A stretch of 63,835 bases of DNA, the filler included. It is 7 parts of 7 records of this genome, joined end to end, with 100 filler letters (N's around TTAATTAATTAA, not from the genome) between each part and the next. Parts side by side here need not be neighbours in the genome. Positions count along the whole stretch, not along the records: positions 14,306 to 25,277 come from SRR20825019_794; positions 25,378 to 32,007 come from SRR20825019_795; 5 more parts are not named here. One strand, written 5' to 3'. A model generated the notes under the pieces. It searched no databases. It was not told where the DNA came from and worked only from the letters and a program-made list of their open reading frames with translations. The translations under genes were made by a program, and so were the position numbers. Positions 20,940-31,122 of this stretch are shown piece after piece (positions within the stretch are counted from its first letter, which is position 1; each line of letters begins with the position of its first letter).

Positions 20940-21388
20940 GCATCCACCCATCTGCCGCCGCACAGTTCGGCGAGCCGGTCCACACTGAGCTTGACCGAGG
21001 AATGTGTGTCGCCTGCGGCCGGGATCACCAGATCATAAATCCTGAGCGAAATATCGAGAAAGATCTTCAGCGGCGCCGGCAGGCCGAAGGGGCACACCCC
21101 GCCGACCTGATGGCTGGTCAGGCGCAGCACATCCTCGGCGCCCAGCATGCGGGGCCGTCCACCAAAAGCGGCCTTGGATTTCTGGTTATCGAGCCGCGCA
21201 TCGCCGCGCGTCACCAGCAGGACTTCATCGCCATTGACGCGGATGCACAAGGTCTTGGCGATCTGGCCCGGTTCGACACCATGCACTTGCGCGGCCAGTT
21301 GCACCGTGGCCGTGGAATCGCTGGTAACGATGACCGAAAGATCGGGCGCGCGGGCGGCAAGATCGGTGCGGACGGTATCAAGGCTCAT
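20921..21388 (-). CDS. YbaK/EbsC aminoacyl-tRNA editing family
   Basis: TATVQLAA, QIAKTL, GGVCPFG, PAAG. Confidence 0.9.
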   Translation of the reverse strand: MSLDTVRTDLAARAPDLSVIVTSDSTATVQLAAQVHGVEPGQIAKTLCIRVNGDEVLLVTRGDARLDNQKSKAAFGGRPRMLGAEDVLRLTSHQVGGVCPFGLPAPLKIFLDISLRIYDLVIPAAGDTHSSVKLSVDRLAELCGGRWVDACQLPD

Positions 21389-21398
21389 GGACTAAAAC

Positions 21399-22040
21399 TC
21401 AGAACAGGGTGGCGAGGCGCTCTTCGAAATCGGCGCGCATCTTGTGGTGGATCGGGGTCTTGAGCACGCGCTGCATCAGTTCGGGTTCGATATCACGCTT
21501 GCCTTCAAGCGCCAGCAACTGGCTGACACTGATCCGGTCGCCCTCGAAGGGCACGTGGATCACCGGTTCCCCCGCGCTGAGCTGGCCGGGCTCAAGTACG
21601 CGGCAATAGGCGCCCGGACGCCCGGCCCGGAAGAACTGCTTGACCCAGGCGGGGCTGCCCATGCGGGCGGCAAAGACATTGCAGGGCGTACGGTGCGCGG
21701 TGACCTCAAGCACCACGTCGTCGATCTCGAAGCGGTCACCGACACAGACGCTGCGGCCCTCAACCCCGCCAATGGTGAGGTTTTCACCAAAGGTGCCGGG
21801 CGCGATCTCGCGGTCGAGCGTTTTTTCCCAAAACGCGTAATCGTCGGCGAAATAGACATAGACGGCCTGATCGACCCCGCCATGATGCTTGCGGTCAAGA
21901 ATGGCATCGCCGACAAGCCCGTCCCTGGTCACCTCGGTCTGATCTTCGGCGTCCACCGGCTCCTTGTAGATGCCGGTCATCGTCGACTTGGCGGGGATGG
22001 GCCGGGGCTGGCCGATATTGACGCTTTGCAGAATGGCCAT
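21399..22040 (-). CDS. MOSC domain protein (YiiM-like)
   Basis: TGIYKEP, KHHGG.DQAV, FGENLT, RTPC, GAYCRVLEPG. Confidence 0.9.
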   Translation of the reverse strand: MAILQSVNIGQPRPIPAKSTMTGIYKEPVDAEDQTEVTRDGLVGDAILDRKHHGGVDQAVYVYFADDYAFWEKTLDREIAPGTFGENLTIGGVEGRSVCVGDRFEIDDVVLEVTAHRTPCNVFAARMGSPAWVKQFFRAGRPGAYCRVLEPGQLSAGEPVIHVPFEGDRISVSQLLALEGKRDIEPELMQRVLKTPIHHKMRADFEERLATLF

Positions 22041-22043
22041 GGT

Positions 22044-22946
22044 CTAGTTCTCCCGGCTGGCAAAATAACGAGCGGTGGCGCGCAGGCCGTCCGCCCGAGG
22101 CCCAAACGTGCGCAGGGCCGAAATGGCTTCATTGACAATGGCCTCGAGCATGGCTCGGGCGCCATCCAGGCCCAGCCGGGCGACCACGGTCTGCTTGCCC
22201 AGGGCCGCGTCCTTGCCGGTGGCCTTGCCCATGGCTTCGGGCGTTGCCGTCACATCAAGAATGTCGTCGGCCAGCTGGAACGCGCGTCCGGCGGCTTCGG
22301 CATAGGCAGTCATTGCCGAGAGGGCGCGCGGGTCGGCGCCGCCCAGGATCGCCCCCATGCGCACGGCGGCGCGGATCAGGGCGCCGGTCTTCATCGCTTG
22401 CATGGTGGCGATGTCGGTTTCCGAAAAGCCGCCCTGCTCCCCTTCGATATCGCGCATCTGCCCGCCGACCATGCCGCCGACGCCGCTGCCGGCGGCCAGT
22501 TCGGCCACCAGCCGGATGCGCACTTCGGCATCGGAATGGCAGGCCGGGTCGGCCAGAATGGCGAAGGCATGGGTCAGCAGGGCATCGCCGGCCAGAATGG
22601 CGCTGGCTTCATCAAACGCCTTGTGGACCGTCGGACGGCCGCGCCGCAAATCATCATCGTCCATGGCCGGCAGATCGTCATGGATCAGCGAATAGCAATG
22701 CACCATTTCGACCGCCATGCCGGCCAGAAGGCTGGTTTCGCGCGGTACCGAAAAAATCGCCGCGGCCTGGCGCAGCAATAAGGGGCGCAAGCGCTTGCCG
22801 CCTTCCAGGCTCCCATGCCGCATGGCCGCCACCACGCGATCAGCCGCCGGACCGGGGCCGGAAAGCCGCGCGCCGGAGAGATAATCTGACAGCCCGGCCT
22901 CGATGGCCCGGGCACAATCGGCGCTGTCGGCGGAAAAGTCGTACAT
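22044..22946 (-). CDS. ispA: Farnesyl diphosphate synthase
   Basis: GGKRLRP, LIHDDLPAMDDDDLRRG, KTGAL, FQLADDILD. Confidence 0.95.
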   Translation of the reverse strand: MYDFSADSADCARAIEAGLSDYLSGARLSGPGPAADRVVAAMRHGSLEGGKRLRPLLLRQAAAIFSVPRETSLLAGMAVEMVHCYSLIHDDLPAMDDDDLRRGRPTVHKAFDEASAILAGDALLTHAFAILADPACHSDAEVRIRLVAELAAGSGVGGMVGGQMRDIEGEQGGFSETDIATMQAMKTGALIRAAVRMGAILGGADPRALSAMTAYAEAAGRAFQLADDILDVTATPEAMGKATGKDAALGKQTVVARLGLDGARAMLEAIVNEAISALRTFGPRADGLRATARYFASREN

Positions 22947-22983
22947 GGGCACGTTGCTAGCCCGGCGCGGGGAGCGGAGCAAT

Positions 22984-23093
22984 ACCCCTCACCCGTCTCC
23001 CACAAAGGGCCGAGGGATGAGCTGGTGGCTGTTCGGGCGCGGTGCCTCCCTCTCCCCTTGTGGGAGAAGCTGCCCGAAGGGCGGATGAGGGGT
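22984..23093. repeat. REP/RIME-like intergenic element, two inverted units
   Basis: ACCCCTCACCCGTCTCCCACAAAGGGCCGAGGGA faces the inverted copy CCCTCTCCCCTTGTGGGAGAAGCTGCCCGAAGGGCGGATGAGGGGT. Confidence 0.75.
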
Positions 23094-23130
23094 CTTGGTC
23101 CAAATCCTATTCATCGCTACACAGGCCGTC

Positions 23131-23841
23131 ATGGCCCGGCGCAAGAAAACCATCTGGCGGTATCTCCGCATTCCCCTCGGCATCCTGGCCGTGCTGGTCG
23201 CCATTCCGCTGGTGCTGACGCCGGTCTATCTGTTTGCCCAACCGGTTTCCGTGCCCATGCTGTCGCGCCTGCTCACCGGCCAGGCGGTGACGCGCGAGTG
23301 GCGCAATATCGAGGAAATTTCGGACCGGCTGAAGGCCTCGATCATTCTTTCCGAGGACGGGCAATTCTGCCGGCACTGGGGCGTGGATGTCAGCGCGCTG
23401 CGCATCGAGGTGGACAATTATCTCGCCGGTCGCGAAACCCGCGGGGCCTCGACGCTGACCATGCAGGTGGCGCGCAATCTGTTCCTGTGGAACCAGCAGA
23501 GCGTCATCCGCAAGGCGCTCGAGGTGCCGCTGGCGCTCTATATCGACCTCATCCTGCCCAAGCATCGGATTATGGAGATCTATCTCAACATTGCCGAATG
23601 GGGACCGGAGGGCGAGTTCGGGGTCGCCGCCGGGTCGCTGCTCGCCTTTGGCCGCGAGCCGCAAAATCTCGACTGGCAGACCGCGAGCCTATTGGCCGTC
23701 ACCCTGCCCAATCCCATCCTGCGCAACCCGGCCCGCCCCAGCGCAGGGCTGTTGCGCGTGGCGCGCATTGTCGAAAACCGGGCCCGCCAATATGGCGAGC
23801 GGGCAGCCTGTGTCGGACAGAACGGCCGGCTCGCGCTATGA
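23131..23841 (+). CDS. mtgA: Monofunctional peptidoglycan transglycosylase
   Basis: SEDGQFCRHWGVD, RGASTLTMQVARNLFLW, EIYLNIAEWG. Confidence 0.93.
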   Translation: MARRKKTIWRYLRIPLGILAVLVAIPLVLTPVYLFAQPVSVPMLSRLLTGQAVTREWRNIEEISDRLKASIILSEDGQFCRHWGVDVSALRIEVDNYLAGRETRGASTLTMQVARNLFLWNQQSVIRKALEVPLALYIDLILPKHRIMEIYLNIAEWGPEGEFGVAAGSLLAFGREPQNLDWQTASLLAVTLPNPILRNPARPSAGLLRVARIVENRARQYGERAACVGQNGRLAL

Positions 23842-23993
23842 TGGCGTCAACACTTGGCCAAGTTGGAATTTTGCGGTGCGAAACCCCCTAGCCAAGCCCG
23901 GTTTTCTCCTCTATAGACCCCACCAATCCTGACAGAGACACGTCTCTGGCCGCTTTTGGCGGCGCAACGATTTTGATTTTCGGAGTACCGACC

Positions 23994-24173
23994 ATGGCTG
24001 TGCCAAAACGCAAGACCTCGCCGATGAAGCGCGGTTTCCGCCGTTCGCACGACGCGATTGCCAACCCGTCCTATGTCGAAGACAAGGATTCGGGTGAGCT
24101 GCGTCGTCCGCACCACGTGGATCTCAAGACCGGCATGTATCGCGGTCGCCAGATTCTCGCGGCAAAGAAGTAA
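23994..24173 (+). CDS. rpmF: 50S ribosomal protein L32
   Basis: [36 protein letters not shown]. Confidence 0.97.
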   Translation: MAVPKRKTSPMKRGFRRSHDAIANPSYVEDKDSGELRRPHHVDLKTGMYRGRQILAAKK

Positions 24174-24217
24174 GCCGAAAGGCGAGCGGGCGCTGATGCG
24201 CTTTTTCTGATATCTCG

Positions 24218-24254
24218 ACGGCCGGCCCCCAAAAGGGTCGGCCGTTTTGTTTTT
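24218..24254 (+). terminator. Intrinsic terminator after rpmF
   Basis: ACGGCCGGCCC-loop-GGGTCGGCCGT followed by TTTGTTTTT. Confidence 0.8.
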
Positions 24255-24294
24255 CCGCCGCCAGAGAAGCGGCCAAGTGGGAGCCAGGGCAAGG

Positions 24295-25277
24295 ATGAGC
24301 ACGCGCGTTGAATCGGATACCATGGGCCAGATCGAGGTTCCGAATGACAAATATTACGGCGCGCAGACCGCCCGGAGCCTCATGAATTTCGATATCGGCG
24401 GGGAGAAGATGCCCACCGAGATCATCACCGCTTTCGGCATCCTTAAAAAGGCCGCGGCGCTGGCCAATCACAAGCTCGGCCTGATGGACGAAGCAACGCG
24501 TGACCTGGTGGTCGCCGCCGCCGATGAAGTGATTGCCGGCAAGCTCGCCGACCATTTCCCGCTGGTGGTGTGGCAGACCGGCTCGGGCACCCAGTCCAAC
24601 ATGAATGTCAACGAGGTCATCTCCAACCGCGCCATCGAAATGGCCGGCGGCACCATGGGTTCGAAAAAGCCCGTGCATCCCAATGACCACGTCAATATGA
24701 GCCAGTCGTCCAACGACACCTATCCCACTGCCATGCATATCGCGGCGGTCGAGGCTGTCGAAGGCTATCTTTATGAGCGCGTCATGCTGTTGCGCGACAC
24801 GCTCAACGCCAAGTCCGAAGAGTACATGGATGTGGTCAAGATCGGCCGCACCCATCTGCAGGACGCGACCCCCTTGACCCTGGGCCAGGAAATTTCCGGC
24901 TGGGTGGCGCAGATCGACTATGCCCTGGCCGCCATCAAGGCGACCATGCCGCAACTCAAGGAGTTGGCGCTTGGCGGCACCGCCGTCGGGACGGGCCTCA
25001 ATGCCCATCCCGATTATGCCGTGACTGTGGCTGGGGAAATTGCCACCCTGACCGGCCGCGATTTCGTCACCGGCCCGAACAAGTTCGCGCTGCTGGCCGG
25101 GCATGATGCCTTTGTCGGTGCTTCGGGCGCGCTCAAGCAACTCGCCGCCGCCTTCATGAAGATCGCCAACGATGTGCGCTGGCTGGCCTCCGGCCCGCGT
25201 TCGGGCCTGGGCGAGATCACCATTCCGGAGAACGAGCCGGGTTCGTCCATCATGCCGGGCAAGGTCAACCCGACCCA
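24295..25277 (+). CDS. fumC: Class II fumarate hydratase, 3'-truncated
   Basis: [42 protein letters not shown]. Confidence 0.97.
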
Positions 25278-25377
25278 NNNNNNNNNNNNNNNNNNNNNNN
25301 NNNNNNNNNNNNNNNNNNNNNTTAATTAATTAANNNNNNNNNNNNNNNNNNNNNNNNNNNNNNNNNNNNNNNNNNNN

Positions 25378-25734
25378 GTGCATGGCATCGACGTTTTTAA
25401 AGATGAATGGCAGCGAAACAACGTTTGCTTCAGGTGCAACTTCACCCAATGGGCCGAGGTTGAAAACAGCCCAGTCCAGACCACCAAGACGAACCTGCTG
25501 GATCGCATCAGGCTGGTTGCCCAAAACGCCACCATGGTAAACCTTGGCTTCCAGATCGCCGCCGGATTTTTCATTGATGATCTTGGCGAATTCTTCCATG
25601 CCGGTCGAAACCGGATATTCTGGCGGATGAATGTTCCAACCACGCCATTCTTTGGCTTGTGCACCAGACGCCAGTGCAACCGAAACGGCCGCTGCGGCAA
25701 TTGTCAGAGTCGTGGTTTTAAGAAAGTTGTTCAT
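25378..25734 (-). CDS. dctP: TRAP transporter substrate-binding protein, 3'-truncated
   Basis: Signal peptide; IHPPEYP, YHGGVLGNQPDAIQQVRLG, SLPFIF. Confidence 0.9.
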
Positions 25735-25912
25735 TTAGAGTCCTCCCGAGACTTATCTATTTACTGCGTTAAAGCCTAGTTTTCCCTTATCGGGACTTAT
25801 TGTTGTTATTCAATCTTACAGGTTGTTAGTTGTACTTACAATTCTAAGGTAGATTAACAACTAGTCTAATAGTCATTGCGCACCGATTGTTATTATGGCG
25901 TCGCAAATAGCC

Positions 25913-25938
25913 ATCCCGGCAGAACCACCTGCCGGGAT
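25913..25938. terminator. Hairpin downstream of kdgD
   Basis: ATCCCGGCAG-AACCAC-CTGCCGGGAT perfect stem; no clear U-tract. Confidence 0.5.
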
Positions 25939-25966
25939 AAAAGGCAGGTCCGATATCGTGATCGGA

Positions 25967-26893
25967 CTAAGCCACACGTAATGCACCATCGCCATAGGCA
26001 TTGCGGATGACCTCGGCCAACATGTCGTGCTCGTGATCCGTAAGATCGATCAGCGGACTGCGCACCGGACCGGTATCGCGTCCGATAACCCGCATCCCCG
26101 CCTTGACGATGGCAACGGCGTATCCTTTGCCGCGATTACGGATATCAAGATACGGATAAAAGAATTCGGTCAGAACCCGGTTCATCACTGCATCATCGTC
26201 ACGCGTCAGCGCGTCATAAAAATCAAGCGCCTGCTGCGGCAGGAAGTTGAAAATCGCCGATGAATAGGTTGTCACGCCAGCAGCCTTATAGGCCTTGGCA
26301 AAGACTTCTGCCGTCGGCATGCCACCGATATAAGACAGGCGATCGCCCATCACGGTGCAGACCTTGGTCACCATTTCGATATTACCGTGACCATCCTTGA
26401 ACCCGACAAGGTTGGGGCAAACGTCACACAATTTCGACAGCGTTTCGGCGGTGATGATCGAATTGTCGCGATTGTAAACAATCACGCCGATCTTGACCGC
26501 ATCGCATACGGCCTTGACCCGGGCAAACAGACCTTCCTGTTCAGCACCGACAAGATATTGCGGCAACAGCAAAAGACCATCGGCACCGGCAGCTTCGCAT
26601 TCTTTGGCCAGTTCAACCGCCATTGCCGTGCCATAACCACAGCCGGCAATGATCGGTGTATCACCGGCAACTTCCTTGGCAGCACGCACGGTGGCAACGA
26701 CCTCAGCCGGGGTCAACGAGAAAAATTCACCCGTCCCGCCTGCGGCAAACAACGCCGTTGCAGGGAACTGTGCCAGCCAGCCGACATGCGCGCGGAAAGC
26801 GTTCAGATCAAGCCCGCCCTGGGCATCAAAAGGCGTCACCGGGAATGACAGCAACCCGGCACCAATGGCCTTTTTCATCTCAAGATAATGCAT
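25967..26893 (-). CDS. kdgD: 5-dehydro-4-deoxyglucarate dehydratase
   Basis: DapA-like; GLLSFPVTPF, FAAGGTGEFFSL, VYNRDN, GFKDG, GGMPTAE, YSSAIFNF. Confidence 0.93.
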   Translation of the reverse strand: MHYLEMKKAIGAGLLSFPVTPFDAQGGLDLNAFRAHVGWLAQFPATALFAAGGTGEFFSLTPAEVVATVRAAKEVAGDTPIIAGCGYGTAMAVELAKECEAAGADGLLLLPQYLVGAEQEGLFARVKAVCDAVKIGVIVYNRDNSIITAETLSKLCDVCPNLVGFKDGHGNIEMVTKVCTVMGDRLSYIGGMPTAEVFAKAYKAAGVTTYSSAIFNFLPQQALDFYDALTRDDDAVMNRVLTEFFYPYLDIRNRGKGYAVAIVKAGMRVIGRDTGPVRSPLIDLTDHEHDMLAEVIRNAYGDGALRVA

Positions 26894-27173
26894 CAAGCGT
26901 CCTTCAAATCTAGATACGTCAAAACAACTATGATGATTTTATAAATTCATCATATCACTTTGTCAAACATATTACCCAAACAGCCTCAATGGCGCAGAAA
27001 ACTGCGCAAAACAAGGGTTTTATTGACCTGATGACAGGATTGAACTTTGGTATGATGACTTGAATATGGGCGATATTCGGGCGAATCGGATCAATTGATA
27101 TGATGACTTCCGCCTTTAAGCCCGTTAGGGTCGCCCTATCAACCCTTTAAACCCATAATCGAGAAGACCGGGA

Positions 27174-27938
27174 ATGACCGACATTAACGCCGCCAGCCGC
27201 ATCCTTGCTGATGCCTTTCTCAATCACACGCTGATTGATCCCCTGCCGGAAGATATTGCGCCAACAAGCTTTGAGCAGGCCTATGACATTCAACGCGCGA
27301 CCCTTGCGCTGACCGGCGCCAAGCAGGCGGGATGGAAACTGGCCGTGGCGACACGCGCTGCGCAGGAAAAGATTGGCGCAGATGGCCCCTTGATCGGGCC
27401 GTTGCTTGACGGGCGTATTCTTGGCGATGGCGCCAAGCTGACCACAGCAGATCTGCATTACCCCAATATCGAAGCCGAAATTGCCGTGGTGATGAAAAGC
27501 ACCCCGGCCCCGGATGCGACATCAAGCGATATCCTTGATCATATCGAAAGCATCCATCTGGCCATCGAAATCGCAGATCGACGCTATGACGTAAAACAGA
27601 ACCCTGTTCAAACGCTCGCCGATCTGAATTCCACCGGTTATTTCGTGCTGGGGCAGGAAATTGAAAACTGGCGCGATCTTGGTTTCATTGGCGGCACTGT
27701 CACCACCAAAAGCGACGGCGAAATCCTTGCCACCAATGATGATCCCGATGCATGGCCTGAAATTTTCGGCGGCCTTGAATATCTGGTCGGATATCTTGGC
27801 AAGCGCGGCGAAAGCTTAAAGGCGGGCGATGTGATTACAACCGGCGCCTGCGCACTTCCGACCATCAGCCCGCATGGCAATATCGAAGCCATCTTTGACG
27901 GGTTGGGCACGGTCACGGCGGAAATCAGCAAAGTCTGA
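27174..27938 (+). CDS. 2-keto-4-pentenoate hydratase-like (FAH superfamily)
   Basis: AYDIQ, GWKL, IEAEIA, AIEIAD.R, AD.NS, LKAGDVITTG. Confidence 0.8.
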   Translation: MTDINAASRILADAFLNHTLIDPLPEDIAPTSFEQAYDIQRATLALTGAKQAGWKLAVATRAAQEKIGADGPLIGPLLDGRILGDGAKLTTADLHYPNIEAEIAVVMKSTPAPDATSSDILDHIESIHLAIEIADRRYDVKQNPVQTLADLNSTGYFVLGQEIENWRDLGFIGGTVTTKSDGEILATNDDPDAWPEIFGGLEYLVGYLGKRGESLKAGDVITTGACALPTISPHGNIEAIFDGLGTVTAEISKV

Positions 27939-27985
27939 AGAATCTAAAAAGCTGATCCCGCCCCGCCAAACCAGCACCCCATATG

Positions 27986-28019
27986 ATAAAAGCCATGCAG
28001 TTTCCTGCATGGCTTTTAT
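27986..28019. terminator. Bidirectional terminator
   Basis: Perfect ATAAAAGCCATGCAG-TTTC-CTGCATGGCTTTTAT between convergent genes. Confidence 0.85.
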
Positions 28020-28051
28020 TTTGGGCAAGTCCGCTAAATTTCGCGGTGATA

Positions 28052-28951
28052 TCACCCAGCTTCGCGGAAGCGCGAAACCGGCACACCCGGCACTTCGGCG
28101 CGCAGGGATACAAGCTTACCCGCATGCGGAAACTCGGCGCGCTTTTCTGGGCTGTAATTTTCCTGATGGCTGGTGACATACAGCGTTTTCATATCCGGCC
28201 CGCCAAAACACGGCATGGTCGGATTGGGCATCGGCATCGGGATGGATGTGATCAATGTGCCATCCGGGGCAAAACGGTTCAGGTTGCCTGCCGACACACC
28301 CGCTGACCAATAACACCCTTCCATATCAACCGCAGCACCATCCGGGCGGCCTAGCGTATCATCAAGATCAAGATAGCGCGTGCAGTTGGAAATATCGCCG
28401 GTTTGAACATCAAAGTCCCAGCGATTAACCCACGGCCCGCGTGAGTCTGAATGATACATCATCGCGCCATCTGGCGACCATGCGATGCCATTCGATATCT
28501 TAAACCCGGTGGCCTTTTGCTCGATCTTGCCATCAGCCGTGATGCGATAAAGCGATGCAATTGCCTGCTTATCGGCATTGTCATCCATGGTGCCGACCCA
28601 GAACGCGCCATCAGGTCCGATCTTGCCATCGTTGGTGCGGCTGTGAATGCCGTCTTCAATCGTGGCAAGCGGGGTGCGTTCGTCCGTTTCCGGGTCGAGA
28701 TAAACAATGTCCTTGCGCAGGGCAACGATGATGCGGCCCGCATCGGTCAGGCCAAAACAACCAAGCTCGCTTTCAAACTTCCAGACTTTGCGCACGCCGG
28801 TTTTGACATCAAGTGCATGAAGCTGCCCGTTCAGAATATCGGTCCAGTAAAGCCGGTCATTCTGCGCATCCCAATTCGGGCATTCCGCCAGTGTAAATGT
28901 CTCATCACTGAGAATTTCCGGCTGGTAAAAAGCCCCGTTCGTCCCCGACAT
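28052..28951 (-). CDS. SMP-30/gluconolactonase family lactonase
   Basis: LAECPNWD, RTNDGKIGPDGAFWVGTM, ISNGIAWSPDG, PDGAAVD, FGGPD. Confidence 0.92.
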   Translation of the reverse strand: MSGTNGAFYQPEILSDETFTLAECPNWDAQNDRLYWTDILNGQLHALDVKTGVRKVWKFESELGCFGLTDAGRIIVALRKDIVYLDPETDERTPLATIEDGIHSRTNDGKIGPDGAFWVGTMDDNADKQAIASLYRITADGKIEQKATGFKISNGIAWSPDGAMMYHSDSRGPWVNRWDFDVQTGDISNCTRYLDLDDTLGRPDGAAVDMEGCYWSAGVSAGNLNRFAPDGTLITSIPMPMPNPTMPCFGGPDMKTLYVTSHQENYSPEKRAEFPHAGKLVSLRAEVPGVPVSRFREAG

Positions 28952-29164
28952 TGCAACACCCCTTAAAGTCATATGATCAATTTTTCTATCCAACGGTTTG
29001 CCGTTCACCGGCCCCACTTGTCAATAAAATTAGCCATTTTTCTTTACAGGAATGATATCGAGTGCCGACCAAAACGGCTTCAAAACCGATGCGGCTACCC
29101 GTTATTTTCCGAACCTTCCGGTCGGAAAAGCACACGTCCAAAACCGGTCACGAAACAGTTGAAA

Positions 29165-29881
29165 TCACATATCGCGGGCGTGATCGGTCACGCGCTGCCG
29201 GGCCTGATGAAGGTGATAGTGCATCAAAAGTTCGGCACTATCGCCATCACGGCCAAGGATCGCATCATAAATCTGTCGATGTTCTTTAAGAACCTTTTGG
29301 GCACGTTCGGCCGATCCACCACGTGTGATATTCAATGCAACTTTCATTGATTTGGACATCACACCATGCAGGGAATTGAGGATGGTGACAAAAATTTCAT
29401 TCCCGCTGGCGCGGGCAATGGCCATATGGAAATCAAGATCGGCCTTATCGGCGATATCCCCCGCACCAATACCATCTTCAAGCATTTTCAGGGCATTCTC
29501 GATATCGCGGTGATGGCGCAGGCTGGCACGTTCAGCGGCCATGCGCGCCGTTGTGCATTCAATCGCAATACGTGCTTCAAAACAGCGCAAAAGCCCCGCA
29601 ACGTCATTGACCCCGCCAAACTCGATCAAGCCTTGTGGCGGACGCTTTTTGACAAACGACCCCACCCCTTGGCGGGCATAGACCAACCCATCGGATTGCA
29701 GTTTGCGCAACGCTTCTCGGACAACCGGACGCGACACGCCAAAGGATGCGCAAATCTCGTTCTCGGACGGAAGCTTGGTCCCCTCTCCCAGATTGCCTGA
29801 AACAATCTGTTCAAGAATCTGACCATAAAGCTGATCCGCAAGCTTTTCGCGTTTTTGAACCTTCAACAGCAACTCGGTCAT
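29165..29881 (-). CDS. GntR/FadR transcriptional regulator 1
   Basis: LPSENE..FGVSRPVVREAL..QGVGSFV wHTH; FCD domain DLDFH..ASGN. Confidence 0.93.
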   Translation of the reverse strand: MTELLLKVQKREKLADQLYGQILEQIVSGNLGEGTKLPSENEICASFGVSRPVVREALRKLQSDGLVYARQGVGSFVKKRPPQGLIEFGGVNDVAGLLRCFEARIAIECTTARMAAERASLRHHRDIENALKMLEDGIGAGDIADKADLDFHMAIARASGNEIFVTILNSLHGVMSKSMKVALNITRGGSAERAQKVLKEHRQIYDAILGRDGDSAELLMHYHLHQARQRVTDHARDM

Positions 29882-29905
29882 GCTCCGCCCCGAACTTGTT
29901 ATCTT

Positions 29906-29929
29906 GTAAAACTTACTTGTAAGTTTTAC
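29906..29929. promoter_or_regulatory. Perfect palindrome, putative FadR-1 operator
   Basis: GTAAAACTTAC-TT-GTAAGTTTTAC about 25 bp upstream of the ATG at 29881. Confidence 0.7.
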
Positions 29930-29974
29930 CGGGAAACGCCAACCGGGTAAAGGCCCCGCACACCCCGCCTACGA

Positions 29975-30961
29975 TCAATCGACCAAAGAATAATCCCGCT
30001 TTGCCGGAACTGCGATGTCGTCATCATCGACAAGCCCGCTATCGGGTTTTGCCAATAAAGACGGTGTCAATGTCATGCTGCCGGTCAATGTCTGGTTGTT
30101 ATCAAGCACAACAAGATCGCCAAATTCCTTGAATTCGGGATGATTATGAACATTTGGCACATGGGTAACCGGTTCAACACAGAACGTTTTACCGTCTTCA
30201 GGGATATAGAATTGCAGGTTGGCAAAACTGTCGCTGGCCGTCATATGCAGGCTATAACCCGCATCATCCCAAATCATTTCCGCTTCGCGTTCCCAGCCGG
30301 TGTAATGAACATCAAGCCCGTGATGATGGCGGATCATTTTGCCATCTGAAAAATCACGGCCAAGATCAATCACCGTGCGCCGGGTCGGCAGCATGTCTTC
30401 GTCGGTGGCAAAACAATCAGACGCGACAAAAGAAACCGACGCATCTTCCCCACCGGGGAACCACGGATGCAACCCAATGCCATACGGCATCGGTGTTCTG
30501 CCCAGATGGCGCACCCCGATTTCAAGCGTCACGTCAATTTCGGTGACCTTGAATTCCTGCCAGGCGACATAGACAAAGCCGCTTTTGGCATCGTCATGTT
30601 TGTGGTTAAAGCGCAAACTATCAGCAGTCGGGCGTTCAATTTTCCATTCAGCACCGCGGCCAAAGCCGTGAATGGCATGTGGGCTGGGCGGACGGTTCGC
30701 CGGAACTTTGACGATATGGCCATCGAAATCAAATTCGGAAAATGCCAAACGGTTGGCAAAGGGCACCATCGGGAAACATCCAAGACTGGATGGGTTTCCC
30801 GAATTTAGCGCCTGCTCGCTCACAGGGCGCAACAGGTTGATCACGCCATTGCCATCCGGGCGCACCCAGTCAATCCGCGATATCGCACCACCTTGCGGTA
30901 CGATCCCGATTTGAAAAGGTCCACTGTTCCAACGATATTCCGGTTCGCCCTTTTTGGACAT
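29975..30961 (-). CDS. Aldose 1-epimerase family protein
   Basis: FPMVPFANR, HAIHG, GLHPWF, FCVEPVTH. Confidence 0.9.
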   Translation of the reverse strand: MSKKGEPEYRWNSGPFQIGIVPQGGAISRIDWVRPDGNGVINLLRPVSEQALNSGNPSSLGCFPMVPFANRLAFSEFDFDGHIVKVPANRPPSPHAIHGFGRGAEWKIERPTADSLRFNHKHDDAKSGFVYVAWQEFKVTEIDVTLEIGVRHLGRTPMPYGIGLHPWFPGGEDASVSFVASDCFATDEDMLPTRRTVIDLGRDFSDGKMIRHHHGLDVHYTGWEREAEMIWDDAGYSLHMTASDSFANLQFYIPEDGKTFCVEPVTHVPNVHNHPEFKEFGDLVVLDNNQTLTGSMTLTPSLLAKPDSGLVDDDDIAVPAKRDYSLVD

Positions 30962-31122
30962 GCAGGTGCCTCAATTCCGTTCATAAATCATATGATGACT
31001 TTACATCACCGGTCAGGTTCGACTATTTCAAGATGGTACTGCCACTTGCGCCAACCAAACCTTAACGCCTGTGGTCAATTTTATATCCGATTGTTTTATA
31101 CCGGATTTATCGGACACGCAAA

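Noticed and set aside
19750-20985. 411-aa PACE fusion ORF
   Set aside because: The N-terminal part is an alternate frame over the methyltransferase; PACE starts at 20172
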